Shown in pieces: positions 18,595 to 28,830 of a DNA stretch of 64,000 nucleotides (its first letter is position 1; each line of letters begins with the position of its first letter). Origin of the DNA: a virus; IMG/VR virus record IMGVR_UViG_3300046832_000578. One strand, written 5' to 3'. The position numbers and the translations under genes were made by a program. The notes below the pieces were generated by a model. It had not been told where the DNA came from. It ran no database searches and was given only the letters and a program-made list of their open reading frames with translations.

Positions 18595-18622
18595 TTTAGG
18601 GAGTCTTCGGATTCCCTAAATA
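18595..18622 (+). terminator. UUCG hairpin overlapping late promoter CCTAAATA (18615-18622)
   Basis: TTTAGGGAGTC-TTCG-GATTCCCTAAA. Confidence 0.6.
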
Positions 18623-18628
18623 CTTTCT

Positions 18629-18835
18629 ATGATGAGAGCAAAACTATCACCCAACATGATTTCATTTGTCACAGTTCGTCGTGGCGAATGGGTCTTAAAA
18701 ATATCTGTGTTTAAGAACAGACAGATAATGGTAGTTGCACAGCATTGTTATGAGTTGGAAAGATTGCTTGTTAGATTCTTTATTGACCAAAATCATGCTG
18801 CAGATTTTATTGAACAACTTGTTATAGAGGAATAG
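18629..18835 (+). CDS. Hypothetical protein
   Basis: ORF track; packed tightly with the next gene. Confidence 0.5.
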   Translation: MMRAKLSPNMISFVTVRRGEWVLKISVFKNRQIMVVAQHCYELERLLVRFFIDQNHAADFIEQLVIEE

Positions 18836-18836
18836 A

Positions 18837-19130
18837 ATGAACGACATTAGAGTATTTAAATTGATCAGTGGTGAAGAACTTATTGCACAGATTTTCAATC
18901 ATTACGATCGCCACATTGAATTAAAGAAACCCGCATCAATAGTAATGCAGAGAACTGAACAAGGTGTTGGAGTTGGACTCGCACCATATATGCCTTATGC
19001 GACAGGAAACATTGATCTACACAGAACTGCCATCGCATCAGACGCTGAACCCGACACTCAACTAGTCAACGAATATAGCCGACTTTTTGGCTCTGGCATC
19101 CAAATAGCCTCAGCATCGGCTCTTAAGTAA
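18837..19130 (+). CDS. Conserved T4-like hypothetical protein (possible Sm-like fold)
   Basis: IRVFKLISGEELIA, L.PY.PYA, Y...FGSGI. Confidence 0.7.
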   Translation: MNDIRVFKLISGEELIAQIFNHYDRHIELKKPASIVMQRTEQGVGVGLAPYMPYATGNIDLHRTAIASDAEPDTQLVNEYSRLFGSGIQIASASALK

Positions 19131-19247
19131 GTAAGTGCTAACTTACTAGAGACGAGAGACCCTGTAGAGACAGGGCTAGAATAACCCTACTTTCAGTAGG
19201 GTTTTTTGCATTTAGTTGTTGTCTTTAATTGCAACTTAGGGCATAAT
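19131..19247 (+). promoter_or_regulatory. Palindrome + early promoter cassette, copy C
   Basis: GTAAGT-N4-ACTTAC, CCCTGT..ACAGGG, AACCCTAC-N5-GTAGGGTT, TTGTCT(19219)-TTAATTGC..-CATAAT(19242). Confidence 0.8.
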
Positions 19248-19277
19248 AGTTATATTATGATGAAGAAAGGTGATAAG

Positions 19278-19619
19278 ATGAAATACGATGTTTACCAGTT
19301 TGTGCTTAGCAACTCAATGATTGATGAAGTGAATTCTTCTGATAGTCAGCGTCCTGCTTTCTATGAAAAGTATTTAAATGTGACTTGGAAACCGACTGCT
19401 GAGTCGATCCTCGAAGCAAAAGAATATTTTAAGAAAGTTGCTACGATCGAAGCAGAAAACTTCGGGCAGGTTTTTGAAATCGGTAATATTGGTCCAGAAG
19501 AAAATATTACTCGTCACGATCGCATGCACTCTGTTTCTGTTGGTGATGTGGTTGTTCGTGAAGATGGAACTGCAAAATTTGTAGATCGCATCGGGTTTGG
19601 CTCTGTGTTGTTTAACTAA
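19278..19619 (+). CDS. Hypothetical early protein (YodL-like C-terminal motif)
   Basis: HSVSVGDVVV....FVD.IGF motif. Confidence 0.55.
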   Translation: MKYDVYQFVLSNSMIDEVNSSDSQRPAFYEKYLNVTWKPTAESILEAKEYFKKVATIEAENFGQVFEIGNIGPEENITRHDRMHSVSVGDVVVREDGTAKFVDRIGFGSVLFN

Positions 19620-19633
19620 AAGGGAAATATATT

Positions 19634-19873
19634 ATGAAAAACAAAAAAATTGTTGCAGTGATTTACAATCGGTCTACACAGACTAAAGCAGAGATCCGTG
19701 CTGAAGGTGAGAAAGCATTGAAAGCATTCTTACGCAAAGGTGGTGTGATTCAAGTTGACGAGAAAAAACGTCGTGTACCTAAGTCCAAGATGTCTGCAAA
19801 GTCGTCTCGTGGCTTTGTGTCTGGAACTGGTGGGTTTGCAACTGGATTCCCACGCAAAAGTCTTGCAATTTAA
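19634..19873 (+). CDS. Small basic hypothetical protein
   Basis: ORF track; AGGGA SD. Confidence 0.6.
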   Translation: MKNKKIVAVIYNRSTQTKAEIRAEGEKALKAFLRKGGVIQVDEKKRRVPKSKMSAKSSRGFVSGTGGFATGFPRKSLAI

Positions 19874-19876
19874 TAG

Positions 19877-19905
19877 TTGTCTTTAATTGCGAGTTGATGT
19901 ATAAT
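19877..19905 (+). promoter_or_regulatory. Early sigma70-type promoter
   Basis: TTGTCT-TTAATTGC..(17)-TATAAT; downstream ATAATAGTTATATTATGATG is shared with the 19242 copy. Confidence 0.8.
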
Positions 19906-19929
19906 AGTTATATTATGATGGAGAATGTG

Positions 19930-20295
19930 ATGCAATCTTGGGAAGAAATGACTGTGTTGGAGCAAATGCAATGCCAGTTCTGGGATATGTATAAGGATGC
20001 CTATGGTGTCCGTCCTCGTGGTATCGATACCACTAGCTGGACTGAGGCTGACTTCGAAGCCGAATTCCAAATGCTGGGTAAGGTTATCGAGCAAGAGGAC
20101 ATTGCTCGCAAAGAAGCAGAAGCAGAAGCCACTGCTAAGTTTGAACAGCATGTTACCAATACCATCTGTATGGGTGCGAAAGATCGTGCCACTGCACTCC
20201 GCTGGATCATGGATGCCAGCCAAGCAGGTGATGACTGGGAATACTTCTGTTTCCTCAATGGTCTACCCTATGGTTACTTTAGGGAAGCAGCATGA
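19930..20295 (+). CDS. Conserved phage hypothetical protein
   Basis: D.YKDAYGVRPR and GA.DR.TALRW motifs; GGAG SD. Confidence 0.7.
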   Translation: MQSWEEMTVLEQMQCQFWDMYKDAYGVRPRGIDTTSWTEADFEAEFQMLGKVIEQEDIARKEAEAEATAKFEQHVTNTICMGAKDRATALRWIMDASQAGDDWEYFCFLNGLPYGYFREAA

Positions 20296-20639
20296 TTCTC
20301 GCTAAAGAGATCACTGTCTGGTCTACAGACTTTCAACCAAATCATACATATCTAATGAATGATTCGATGGATAAAATCATTGGGTATTTCAAATGGAACA
20401 ATCCAAAAGACTTTACGAAGTTTAAGAATCCTCTAAGATTCGATACTCGTTATCGCAAATTCAAAATCCTCCAGCGTTATGAAGACAAAACAAATGCCAA
20501 GCGATGGAAGATTAATGGTAGTAAAGACCATGTGTATTATGTAGAAGAAACCGACAATGGAATGTCATGCACATGCATCGGTCACAAATATCATGGCAAG
20601 TGTAAACATATTGAACAGGTGAAGAATGAACATCAATAA
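20292..20639 (+). CDS. SWIM zinc-finger protein
   Basis: GS....Y.V......CTC.G..YHGKCKH. Confidence 0.8.
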   Translation: MILAKEITVWSTDFQPNHTYLMNDSMDKIIGYFKWNNPKDFTKFKNPLRFDTRYRKFKILQRYEDKTNAKRWKINGSKDHVYYVEETDNGMSCTCIGHKYHGKCKHIEQVKNEHQ

Positions 20640-21930
20640 ATTTTTAGATAGTCTAGCTGCGAATGCCTCACGCAATTTCAAGATCGACCAATTAAACGCA
20701 CAGAGCGATAACGAAACTCTGCGTGAGGTCATTCGTCTGGCTCTCGACCCATTTACGCAATTCTATCAGCGTAAGATCCCTCAGTATGTTACTGATTCTA
20801 AACAAACCTCTTTGGAGAATGCACTTGGAGCACTTTATGATTTATCTTCTCGCACTGTTACAGGTAATGCAGCAATCGAATATCTACGCATGTTGCTCGC
20901 ATCTTTATCACCAGATGATGCTAAAGTTATCGAACGAATCATTCAGAAAGATCTGAAATGTGGTGTTGATGTATCCACTGCCAATAAAGTTTGGAGTGGA
21001 TTAATTGCAGAGTATCCATGTATGTTATGCAGTCCATTCGAACAGAAGTTGGTTGACAAGATTAAGTTCCCAGCCTATGCTCAGATGAAGATGGATGGTA
21101 TGCGATTCAATGCCATTGTTCGTGATGGTAAGGTAGAATTCCGTAGCAGAAATGGTAAACAGATTCATCTGTTGGGCAATCTGGAACAAGAATTTGCTAC
21201 ACTGGCAGGGAATATCGATTGTGTCTTTGATGGTGAGTTGTTGGTTATGCTTGAGGGTGATCATCAGTTTGCAGATCGTCAGACAGGTAATGGTATCCTT
21301 AACAAAGCAAACAAGGGTACAATTTCTGCTGAAGAAGCATCGATGGTACATGCATCTGTTTGGGATTTAATTCCGTATGTGATGTTTGAAGCAGGACAAT
21401 GTTCAACTCCATACTCAAAACGATTCTCGACTTTGGAACAGATTGTAAACAATCAGAAGTCAGATGGTAAAAAGATATGGACAGTATCATCTACAATTGT
21501 AGAAACAATAGAACAAGCACAAGAGATCTTCCAAGAATACTTGTCTCTTGGTTACGAAGGTATCATCCTCAAAGATGGTAATGGTATCTGGGAAGACAAA
21601 CGAAGCAAGACTCAGATTAAATTCAAAGGTGAATTGGAATGCGATCTGAAGATTGTTGCAGTTGAAGAAGGTAAAGGTAAGGCTACAGGAATGCTTGGTG
21701 CAATTATCTGCGAGTCTGCAGATGGGATTGTAAAGGTAAATGTAGGATCTGGTTTCAATGATGCACAAAGAAAGCAATATTGGAAAGAAAATTTAGTTGA
21801 CAAAATCGTGGCAGTGAAGTATAATGCTAGAATCAAAAACAAACAAGGTGAAGAGAGTCTGTTCCTACCTGTCTTTGTAGAAATCCGTGACGACAAAGAT
21901 GTTGCAGATTCTTCAAAAATTATTAAATGA
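20626..21930 (+). CDS. gp30: ATP-dependent DNA ligase gp30
   Basis: KMDGMR (motif I), FDGEL, EGIILK, VGSGF, LFLPVF..IR.DK. Confidence 0.95.
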   Translation: MNINKFLDSLAANASRNFKIDQLNAQSDNETLREVIRLALDPFTQFYQRKIPQYVTDSKQTSLENALGALYDLSSRTVTGNAAIEYLRMLLASLSPDDAKVIERIIQKDLKCGVDVSTANKVWSGLIAEYPCMLCSPFEQKLVDKIKFPAYAQMKMDGMRFNAIVRDGKVEFRSRNGKQIHLLGNLEQEFATLAGNIDCVFDGELLVMLEGDHQFADRQTGNGILNKANKGTISAEEASMVHASVWDLIPYVMFEAGQCSTPYSKRFSTLEQIVNNQKSDGKKIWTVSSTIVETIEQAQEIFQEYLSLGYEGIILKDGNGIWEDKRSKTQIKFKGELECDLKIVAVEEGKGKATGMLGAIICESADGIVKVNVGSGFNDAQRKQYWKENLVDKIVAVKYNARIKNKQGEESLFLPVFVEIRDDKDVADSSKIIK

Positions 21931-22172
21931 TACTCGAAAGCAGATTAAAACCAAAAAGATTTTTTGATGTTAAATCAAAACAGGATATGAGTCTTGTAAA
22001 AAGATTCGTCAAAGACCAGACATGGGGAACTGAAGGATGTCCATTTTATCTTGAGTTTCCTTACACAACAATTCCAGATATGGTTAAAGACAAAGTCATA
22101 CATCATACACTGGGAATAAAATTCAATAGATTCCATCATGTATTTGGAGAACAAAATGAAAGTAGTAATTAA
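21927..22172 (+). CDS. Hypothetical protein
   Basis: Coupled ORF; WG..GCPF.LE.PY. Confidence 0.6.
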   Translation: MILESRLKPKRFFDVKSKQDMSLVKRFVKDQTWGTEGCPFYLEFPYTTIPDMVKDKVIHHTLGIKFNRFHHVFGEQNESSN

Positions 22173-22521
22173 TAGATGTTTTGGTGGGTTCGGTATCTCA
22201 AATTTAGCATTTGAGAAATTACTTGAACGCAAGGGTATTGCATTTGATAAAGTGCCTGCCAAATATCCAATTCGTGGAAATGACTCAGACTATTACAAAG
22301 CTGGTAGTCCACAATCTGATGCGACATACCTAAGTGAGCATGAGTTCTATGAACAACGCAATGATCCAGATTTGATTGCAGTGATTGAAGAGTTGGGTAA
22401 AGATTCATGGGGTTGGGCATCAGAACTGGCAATCTTGGATATTCCAGATGATGTTGAATGGCATATCAGTGAATACGATGGACTTGAACATGTGGCAGAA
22501 AATCATAGGACTTGGTCATGA
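22156..22521 (+). CDS. Conserved phage hypothetical protein
   Basis: KVVINRCFGGF, R.DP.LI.V.EELG, EYDG.E.V.E.H..W. Confidence 0.75.
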   Translation: MKVVINRCFGGFGISNLAFEKLLERKGIAFDKVPAKYPIRGNDSDYYKAGSPQSDATYLSEHEFYEQRNDPDLIAVIEELGKDSWGWASELAILDIPDDVEWHISEYDGLEHVAENHRTWS

Positions 22522-23066
22522 AAAAAGAATTAGATGAAGCACTCTGTGCAAAGTATCCGCTGATCTTTAGAGATCGTCATGCGAATATGCAAACCACAGC
22601 CATGTGTTGGGGATTTGAATGCGGTGATGGTTGGTATAACATCATCGATGTTCTTTGTGGACTATTGACTTCTGAATATCGTGGTGCGAAAAGTCAATAC
22701 GAATACATTAAAGATAAAGTGAATCAACCAACATATGGTTTTAAAGATAATGGTGACCCTGTTGGTAAAATTATCACTCAAGAACTGATTGATGAACGTA
22801 AAGCAAAGATGGAAGAAGAAGAATTGAAAGTTCCAGTCGCTTCTCAGGTTAAAGAAAAGTTCGGTGGACTAAGATTCTATGTTCATGGTGCAACTGATAC
22901 ACATTATAAGTATATCACCTTTGCAGAGAGTATGAGTTATCGTACATGCGAAGAATGTGGTGCTCCAGGAAAAACATACACTGATGGTTGGCATACTACT
23001 CTGTGTGATATTCATGCAGCGATGGCTGGTCGTGAGGAAGAATATGAGTATGAGGAGAATGAATAA
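22518..23066 (+). CDS. Conserved phage hypothetical protein
   Basis: CGDGW, QVKEKFGGLRFY, CE.CG.PG, TLC..H. Confidence 0.75.
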   Translation: MKKELDEALCAKYPLIFRDRHANMQTTAMCWGFECGDGWYNIIDVLCGLLTSEYRGAKSQYEYIKDKVNQPTYGFKDNGDPVGKIITQELIDERKAKMEEEELKVPVASQVKEKFGGLRFYVHGATDTHYKYITFAESMSYRTCEECGAPGKTYTDGWHTTLCDIHAAMAGREEEYEYEENE

Positions 23067-23431
23067 TGTTTTATGGTAAAGACTCTATTGAGGAAAACTT
23101 TTCTCTTGTTTTAAAGAAACTTGATGAACAAGAATTGTTTCTGTTTGAACCAATGCCAAGTTATAAATTAAACGAAAGATGGACTGATGAATTTCGTATT
23201 CGTGATGGTCATACTAAACTTGCTGATGGTTCATGGGTAACTATTCATAAATTAACTACATATGTTGAGTCCCTAAAGAAAAGTACTACAGAATTATACG
23301 AACACTATCAAGAAACTCTTAGTCAGTTGAATATGGTGAGACAACAAAAGCGTGAGATGGAATTTGGTCTGCGTACTGCGCAGAAATCTTTGGATAAAGC
23401 ACTAGCAATGAAAGGTGATAGAGATGAGTAA
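23066..23431 (+). CDS. Hypothetical coiled-coil protein
   Basis: ORF track; GAGGAG SD. Confidence 0.6.
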   Translation: MFYGKDSIEENFSLVLKKLDEQELFLFEPMPSYKLNERWTDEFRIRDGHTKLADGSWVTIHKLTTYVESLKKSTTELYEHYQETLSQLNMVRQQKREMEFGLRTAQKSLDKALAMKGDRDE

Positions 23432-23864
23432 AGAATATATTGAGATGTTAAAACAAGAACGACAGGTTCTACTTGATCGTTACGATCCTTACAATGAGGG
23501 TACTGGCCATTTTAATACTGCTGTTAGCGTATTGACTGCTCGTATTGAAGAGTTGGAAACTCCATCTAAAATCAAAGAAGGTTCAGTGTGGGTATTGGTT
23601 GAAGCAATTCAATCATATCGTATGCGTTACATGATTGAAACACCAGCAACTAATCCAGAGTATGCCATGGATGATGTTACCTGTGAAGATGCTAAAGAGT
23701 TTTCTCAATTGGCATTACCAGAAGTGATTACATCGCATCGTGTTGTTTCTGAAGAAGAAGCATTGATTCTTTGTGACATTGATAATGATTACACTAATGG
23801 TTGGACTAAAGAGCAAAAGATTAATGCATTCTTCACTAAAGAAGGTGAAGGTCGGGGATTCTAA
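23424..23864 (+). CDS. Hypothetical protein
   Basis: ORF track; coupled. Confidence 0.6.
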   Translation: MSKEYIEMLKQERQVLLDRYDPYNEGTGHFNTAVSVLTARIEELETPSKIKEGSVWVLVEAIQSYRMRYMIETPATNPEYAMDDVTCEDAKEFSQLALPEVITSHRVVSEEEALILCDIDNDYTNGWTKEQKINAFFTKEGEGRGF

Positions 23865-24433
23865 TGTTTATGTTTGATGTAGAAACGCTGGGAGTAGAAT
23901 CAACTTGTGTGATTCTCTCTGCAGCTATGGTTCATTTTGATCCAGAAAAGCGACCAACATATCAAGACTTGTTGGACAATTCATGTTTCGTAAAGTTTGA
24001 TGTGAAGGAACAACTACAACTTGGAAGAACATCATCCAAGGGCACACTTGATTGGTGGAAAGGTCAACACGAATATGTTCGTAAGGTTTCTTTGGATCCA
24101 TCTCGTGAAGATATGACTGTCGAAAATGGCTTGAATGCATTCTATAACTACATGAGTAAGTTTGCAAATGCTGATAAACAAACAATGTGGGCACGAGGTT
24201 CACTTGATCAGATGGCGATTGATTCATTGGCAGTTAGAGTTGGCATGCAAGAAATTACAGGGTATAATGTATGGAGAGATGTCAGAACTGCAGTTGATAT
24301 TCTCTACGGCACTACAAATGGATATGTAGATGTAGATCATCCTTTGTTTAAGCGACATGAAGTCATCAAACATCATCCTGTTCACGACTGTGCACTTGAT
24401 GCAATGCAACTAATGTATGGAAAAATAACTTAA
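23864..24433 (+). CDS. DEDDh 3'-5' exonuclease (DexA-like)
   Basis: FDVETLG, W.RG..D, RDVRT, H.P.HDCALD. Confidence 0.85.
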   Translation: MFMFDVETLGVESTCVILSAAMVHFDPEKRPTYQDLLDNSCFVKFDVKEQLQLGRTSSKGTLDWWKGQHEYVRKVSLDPSREDMTVENGLNAFYNYMSKFANADKQTMWARGSLDQMAIDSLAVRVGMQEITGYNVWRDVRTAVDILYGTTNGYVDVDHPLFKRHEVIKHHPVHDCALDAMQLMYGKIT

Positions 24434-26919
24434 TGGAATTTTACACAAGCGTCCATCCACTGGGCGATAAGATACTCGTTAGAGGGTACGATAAAGGAAG
24501 AGCATATCAGCGTAAGGTAGATTTCTACCCTACGCTTTTTGTCACTTCTAAGAAGCAATCTAAGTGGAAGACTTTGGATGATACATATGTTGATGAAGTA
24601 AAACCTGGAACGATTAAAGATACAAGAGAGTTTGTCAAACGCTACGAAGATGTAGAAGGTTTTGCTGTGTATGGTAATACCAATTACGCATATCAATATA
24701 TCAGCGACACTTATCAAGACGATGTCAATTGGGACATGGAACAAATCAAAGTATTCACCATTGACATTGAGACTGCCACTGAGAATGGATTCCCAGATAT
24801 CCGTAGTGCCAATGAAGAGATTCTTCTAATCACAATTAAGAATCTACAAACGAAAAACATTATCACCTTTGGCACTAAGCCATATGAAAACAAACGAGAA
24901 GATTGTCAGTATGTTTATTGTCGTGATGAACAACAACTACTAAAAGAGTTTATCATTTGGTGGCAACAGAACTATCCAGATTGTATCACTGGTTGGAATA
25001 CAGACTTCTTTGATGTGCCATATCTTATCAAACGATTGGACAGAGAACTTGGTGATTCATTCTCCAAGAAAGTTAGTCCATGGGGTTACATCAATGAACG
25101 CAAGACATTCATTAAAGGCAACGAAGAACTTCACTATGACATTCTAGGTATTTCTCAACTAGACTATCTCGAACTTTATAAAAAATATACATATACAAAG
25201 CAGGAGTCTTATCGTCTGGATTATATCGCACAAGAAGAACTTGGTGATAAGAAGAAAGAGAATCCAGGAACAGACTTTAAAGATTTCTATACAAACTATT
25301 GGGATAAGTTTGTTGAATATAACATTCACGATGTGGAGTTAGTTGATCAACTCGAAGACAAGATGCGTTTGATTGAACTGCATCTGACTATGGCATACAA
25401 TGCTAAGATTAATCCTGAAGATGTTTACTCACAAGTTCGTATGTGGGATACTATCATCTACAATCACCTGCGTAAGAAAGGTATTGTTATTCCAGCAAAG
25501 ACTTCTTCAGGTAAAGATGCACAGTTCGAAGGTGCTTTCGTTAAAGATCCAATTATCGGTATGCATAAATGGGTAGCATCCTTTGACTTAAACAGTTTGT
25601 ATCCGCACTTGATTATGCAATACAACATTAGTCCTGAGACCCTGACCAGTGAGAAACTCTCTGTCACAGTTGATAAATTGCTTAATCAAGAAGTGGATAC
25701 ATCTTATATTAAACGAAGAGATCTAACTCTGACTGCAAATGGATGGACATATCGTAAAGACATCAAAGGTTTTATGCCTGAGTTGATGGAGCATATGTAT
25801 GTTAATCGCTCCAAGTTTAAAAAACAGATGTTGAAAGTTGAACAAGAATACCAAAACGATAAGACAAAGGTTCATCTATTAAAAGATATTTCTCGTCTAA
25901 ACAATCTGCAGATGGCGATGAAGATTGCTCTTAACTCTGCTTATGGTGCGATGGGTAATCAATACTTCCGTTACTTTGATATTCGTATGGCTGAAGGTAT
26001 TACCACTTCTGGTCAGTTATCCATTCGTTGGATGGCAAACAAACTCAATGCATTCCTCAACAAAACTCTCAAGACAGAGGGTAAAGATTTCGTCATTGCC
26101 ATTGATACAGATTCGATCTATCTAACATTGGAAGATTTGATTGAGAAGGTTTGTGAAGGTAAAACTACTGAACAGAAAATCAAAACAATGGACAAGATCT
26201 GTGAAGAAGTTTTTCAACCATTTATTGATCAAGGATATGATGAACTTGCTGACTATATGAATGCGTATGGTCAGAAGATGCAAATGAAACGAGAAGTACT
26301 GGCTGACAAAGCAATCTGGACTGCCAAGAAACGATATGTTATTAATGTTCATAATTCGGAAGGAGTGCAATTTGCGAAACCTAAAATCAAAGTTATGGGT
26401 TTGGAGATGGTCAAGTCGTCTACACCTGCGGTTATTCGTGACAAACTTAGGGATTCGTTACAAGTTATTCTTGCTGGCGATCAAAAAGACCTACATACAT
26501 ATGTAACAGCATTTAAGAAAGAGTTCGATAAACTTCCAGTGCATGAAGTAGCATTTCCTCGTGGTGTGAATGGTATGAAACAGTATGCTGGTTCTCCGAT
26601 TTATACAAAGGGAACACCAATTCATGTTCGTGGTGCGTTGCTCTACAATCATCACTGTAAGCGTATGGGACTAGATAAAAAGTATCAACCAATTCGTGAT
26701 GGTGATAAGATTAAGTTTGTTTATGTTCGTACACCAAACCCTCTGCAAGAAGATGTGATTGCTTTTAGTCAGCATCTTCCAAAAGAGTTTGGACTGGAAG
26801 CATACATAGATTATGATAAACAATTTGAAAAAGTATTTCTTGATGCTCTACAGATTGTTATTCAACCACTAGGTTGGAAGACTCAAGAAGAAAGTTCATT
26901 GGAGGATTTCTTTGGCTAA
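24433..26919 (+). CDS. gp43: Family B DNA polymerase gp43
   Basis: DIET, GWN...FD, YN..D, SFDLNSLYP, K..LNS.YG, IDTDS, KKRY; uninterrupted. Confidence 0.98.
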   Translation: MEFYTSVHPLGDKILVRGYDKGRAYQRKVDFYPTLFVTSKKQSKWKTLDDTYVDEVKPGTIKDTREFVKRYEDVEGFAVYGNTNYAYQYISDTYQDDVNWDMEQIKVFTIDIETATENGFPDIRSANEEILLITIKNLQTKNIITFGTKPYENKREDCQYVYCRDEQQLLKEFIIWWQQNYPDCITGWNTDFFDVPYLIKRLDRELGDSFSKKVSPWGYINERKTFIKGNEELHYDILGISQLDYLELYKKYTYTKQESYRLDYIAQEELGDKKKENPGTDFKDFYTNYWDKFVEYNIHDVELVDQLEDKMRLIELHLTMAYNAKINPEDVYSQVRMWDTIIYNHLRKKGIVIPAKTSSGKDAQFEGAFVKDPIIGMHKWVASFDLNSLYPHLIMQYNISPETLTSEKLSVTVDKLLNQEVDTSYIKRRDLTLTANGWTYRKDIKGFMPELMEHMYVNRSKFKKQMLKVEQEYQNDKTKVHLLKDISRLNNLQMAMKIALNSAYGAMGNQYFRYFDIRMAEGITTSGQLSIRWMANKLNAFLNKTLKTEGKDFVIAIDTDSIYLTLEDLIEKVCEGKTTEQKIKTMDKICEEVFQPFIDQGYDELADYMNAYGQKMQMKREVLADKAIWTAKKRYVINVHNSEGVQFAKPKIKVMGLEMVKSSTPAVIRDKLRDSLQVILAGDQKDLHTYVTAFKKEFDKLPVHEVAFPRGVNGMKQYAGSPIYTKGTPIHVRGALLYNHHCKRMGLDKKYQPIRDGDKIKFVYVRTPNPLQEDVIAFSQHLPKEFGLEAYIDYDKQFEKVFLDALQIVIQPLGWKTQEESSLEDFFG

Positions 26920-27463
26920 TATCAGAGTAATTAAAAAAGGAATAAATGTATCCAAGATACTGAAACAATTACATCAGTATCCAGAGGATTGGGGTGCTCA
27001 GAAAAACATTGATGGTGTAGGAGATCTTGTAGACGATTGCGGATTCCCTGCAGTTGAAGCAGGTGTTCTACAGTTAGTCATGGGAGTTGTCTCATCTAAA
27101 GATCAGTATGTGGGTGATAGTGAGATGTCTGCATCAACACCTGCATATAGTCATCATACAGAAATTATTTCATTCTTAAAGAGACACTTCAAGAAATTTG
27201 ATAGGTGTGGATTCTTATCATTACCCATTGCTGGTGTCGTTGGTCAACATATTGATATTGGATCTTACTATCAAACACGAGATAGATATCATCTTGCAAT
27301 TCAAGGTGCATATGATTATACAGTTGGAGGAGAGACTGTAAGAGTAGAAGAAGGTGACTTGATTTGGTTTGATAATAAACAATCACATGGAACAAAGAAT
27401 GTTGGAGATGCTGTAAGAATTACATTTGTGTTTGATGTTCCGCATGCCAAGAACAATCCATAA
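26912..27463 (+). CDS. Asp/Asn beta-hydroxylase-like 2OG-Fe(II) oxygenase
   Basis: HID.G.YY..RDRYHL, G...WFDNK..H...N....RI.FVFD. Confidence 0.8.
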   Translation: MANIRVIKKGINVSKILKQLHQYPEDWGAQKNIDGVGDLVDDCGFPAVEAGVLQLVMGVVSSKDQYVGDSEMSASTPAYSHHTEIISFLKRHFKKFDRCGFLSLPIAGVVGQHIDIGSYYQTRDRYHLAIQGAYDYTVGGETVRVEEGDLIWFDNKQSHGTKNVGDAVRITFVFDVPHAKNNP

Positions 27464-27492
27464 TTGTCTTGCAACAAAAGTTACTGTATAAT
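27464..27492 (+). promoter_or_regulatory. sigma70-type promoter
   Basis: TTGTCT-N17-TATAAT. Confidence 0.7.
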
Positions 27493-27503
27493 AGGAGATA
27501 TAA

Positions 27504-27755
27504 ATGAAAGTTTTAAAATTTTATGCCGACTGGTGTGGTCCATGCAAAGCATTGACAAGAATTATTGAAATCGCTGGAGAGAAAGTTACAATCCCAGTTG
27601 AAAATGTAAACATTGATGAGAACATTTTTCTTGCACAAGAGTTTAAAGTTCGTTCAGTTCCGACTATGATATTGGTTGATGATACTGAAAATGAAATTAA
27701 ACGACATGTCGGTTTAGTGAATGAAGAGAAATTATTAGAATTCCTGAAAGGTTAA
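27504..27755 (+). CDS. Thioredoxin
   Basis: FYADWCGPCK, VRSVPT. Confidence 0.92.
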   Translation: MKVLKFYADWCGPCKALTRIIEIAGEKVTIPVENVNIDENIFLAQEFKVRSVPTMILVDDTENEIKRHVGLVNEEKLLEFLKG

Positions 27756-27756
27756 T

Positions 27757-28830
27757 ATGAGCATACTAGACAAAATTAAAAAGAATACAACAATCAAAGA
27801 TTCAGCAATTCTTGCTCAATCAAAATTCTTCGCTAAGAAGGACATGATTCCAACCTCAGTACCAATTATCAATGTGGCTTTATCTGGTCGTCTTGATGGT
27901 GGATTAGTTCCAGGATTGACGATGTGGGCTGGTCCAAGCAAGCACTTTAAAACTGCTTTCTCTTTGCTTATGGCAAAATCTTATTTGGACAAGTATGAAG
28001 ATGCAGCGTTATTGTTTTATGATTCTGAATTTGGTACTCCTCAGTCTTACTTTGATACCTTTGGTATTGATACTAAGCGAGTGCTTCACACTCCTGTTAC
28101 AGATGTTGAACAACTCAAGTTTGATATCATGCAGCAACTGTCAACCATCGAGCGTGGAGATCACCTCATTATCGTCATTGATTCGATAGGAAATCTCGCT
28201 TCCAAGAAAGAAGTAGAGGATGCATTGGACCAGAAAGCAGTTGCTGATATGAGTCGTGCAAAGCAGATGAAGAGTTTGTTCCGTATGGTTACACCTCATT
28301 TGTCCATGAAAGATATTCCACTTGTTGTAGTGAATCATACATATAAAGAGATTGGTCTTTATCCTAAAGACATCGTTGGTGGTGGTACTGGTTCTTACTA
28401 CTCAGCGGACAACATCTTTATTCTTGGTCGTCAGCAAGAGAAAGATGGAACTGAATTAACAGGTTACAATTTTATTATTAATGTTGAGAAGAGTCGTTAT
28501 GTTAAAGAAAAATCTAAGATACCTGTTAGCGTATCTTTTGATGGTGGTCTTAGTAAGTGGAGCGGTTTGCTTGATATTGCTCTTGAGTCCAAACATGTGG
28601 TCAAACCATCCAATGGTTGGTATTCCAAATGTGATCCAGTTACAGGAGAAGTAGAAGAAAAGAAATATCGTTTGAAAGATACTGACACTAAAGAGTTCTG
28701 GTTACCACTTCTTACAGATAAAACATTTTATGACTATGTCAAGAACAAATATTCAATGGGTCAGGGTGATATGATTAGAGCAGATGAGTTGGATAAGGCA
28801 CTTGAGGAATTGGAATTCGATGAAGAGTAA
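27757..28830 (+). CDS. uvsX: RecA-like recombinase UvsX
   Basis: GPSKHFKT, YDSEFG, IDSIGNLASKKE, DMSRAK..KSLFR, VGGG.G..YSAD. Confidence 0.96.
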   Translation: MSILDKIKKNTTIKDSAILAQSKFFAKKDMIPTSVPIINVALSGRLDGGLVPGLTMWAGPSKHFKTAFSLLMAKSYLDKYEDAALLFYDSEFGTPQSYFDTFGIDTKRVLHTPVTDVEQLKFDIMQQLSTIERGDHLIIVIDSIGNLASKKEVEDALDQKAVADMSRAKQMKSLFRMVTPHLSMKDIPLVVVNHTYKEIGLYPKDIVGGGTGSYYSADNIFILGRQQEKDGTELTGYNFIINVEKSRYVKEKSKIPVSVSFDGGLSKWSGLLDIALESKHVVKPSNGWYSKCDPVTGEVEEKKYRLKDTDTKEFWLPLLTDKTFYDYVKNKYSMGQGDMIRADELDKALEELEFDEE

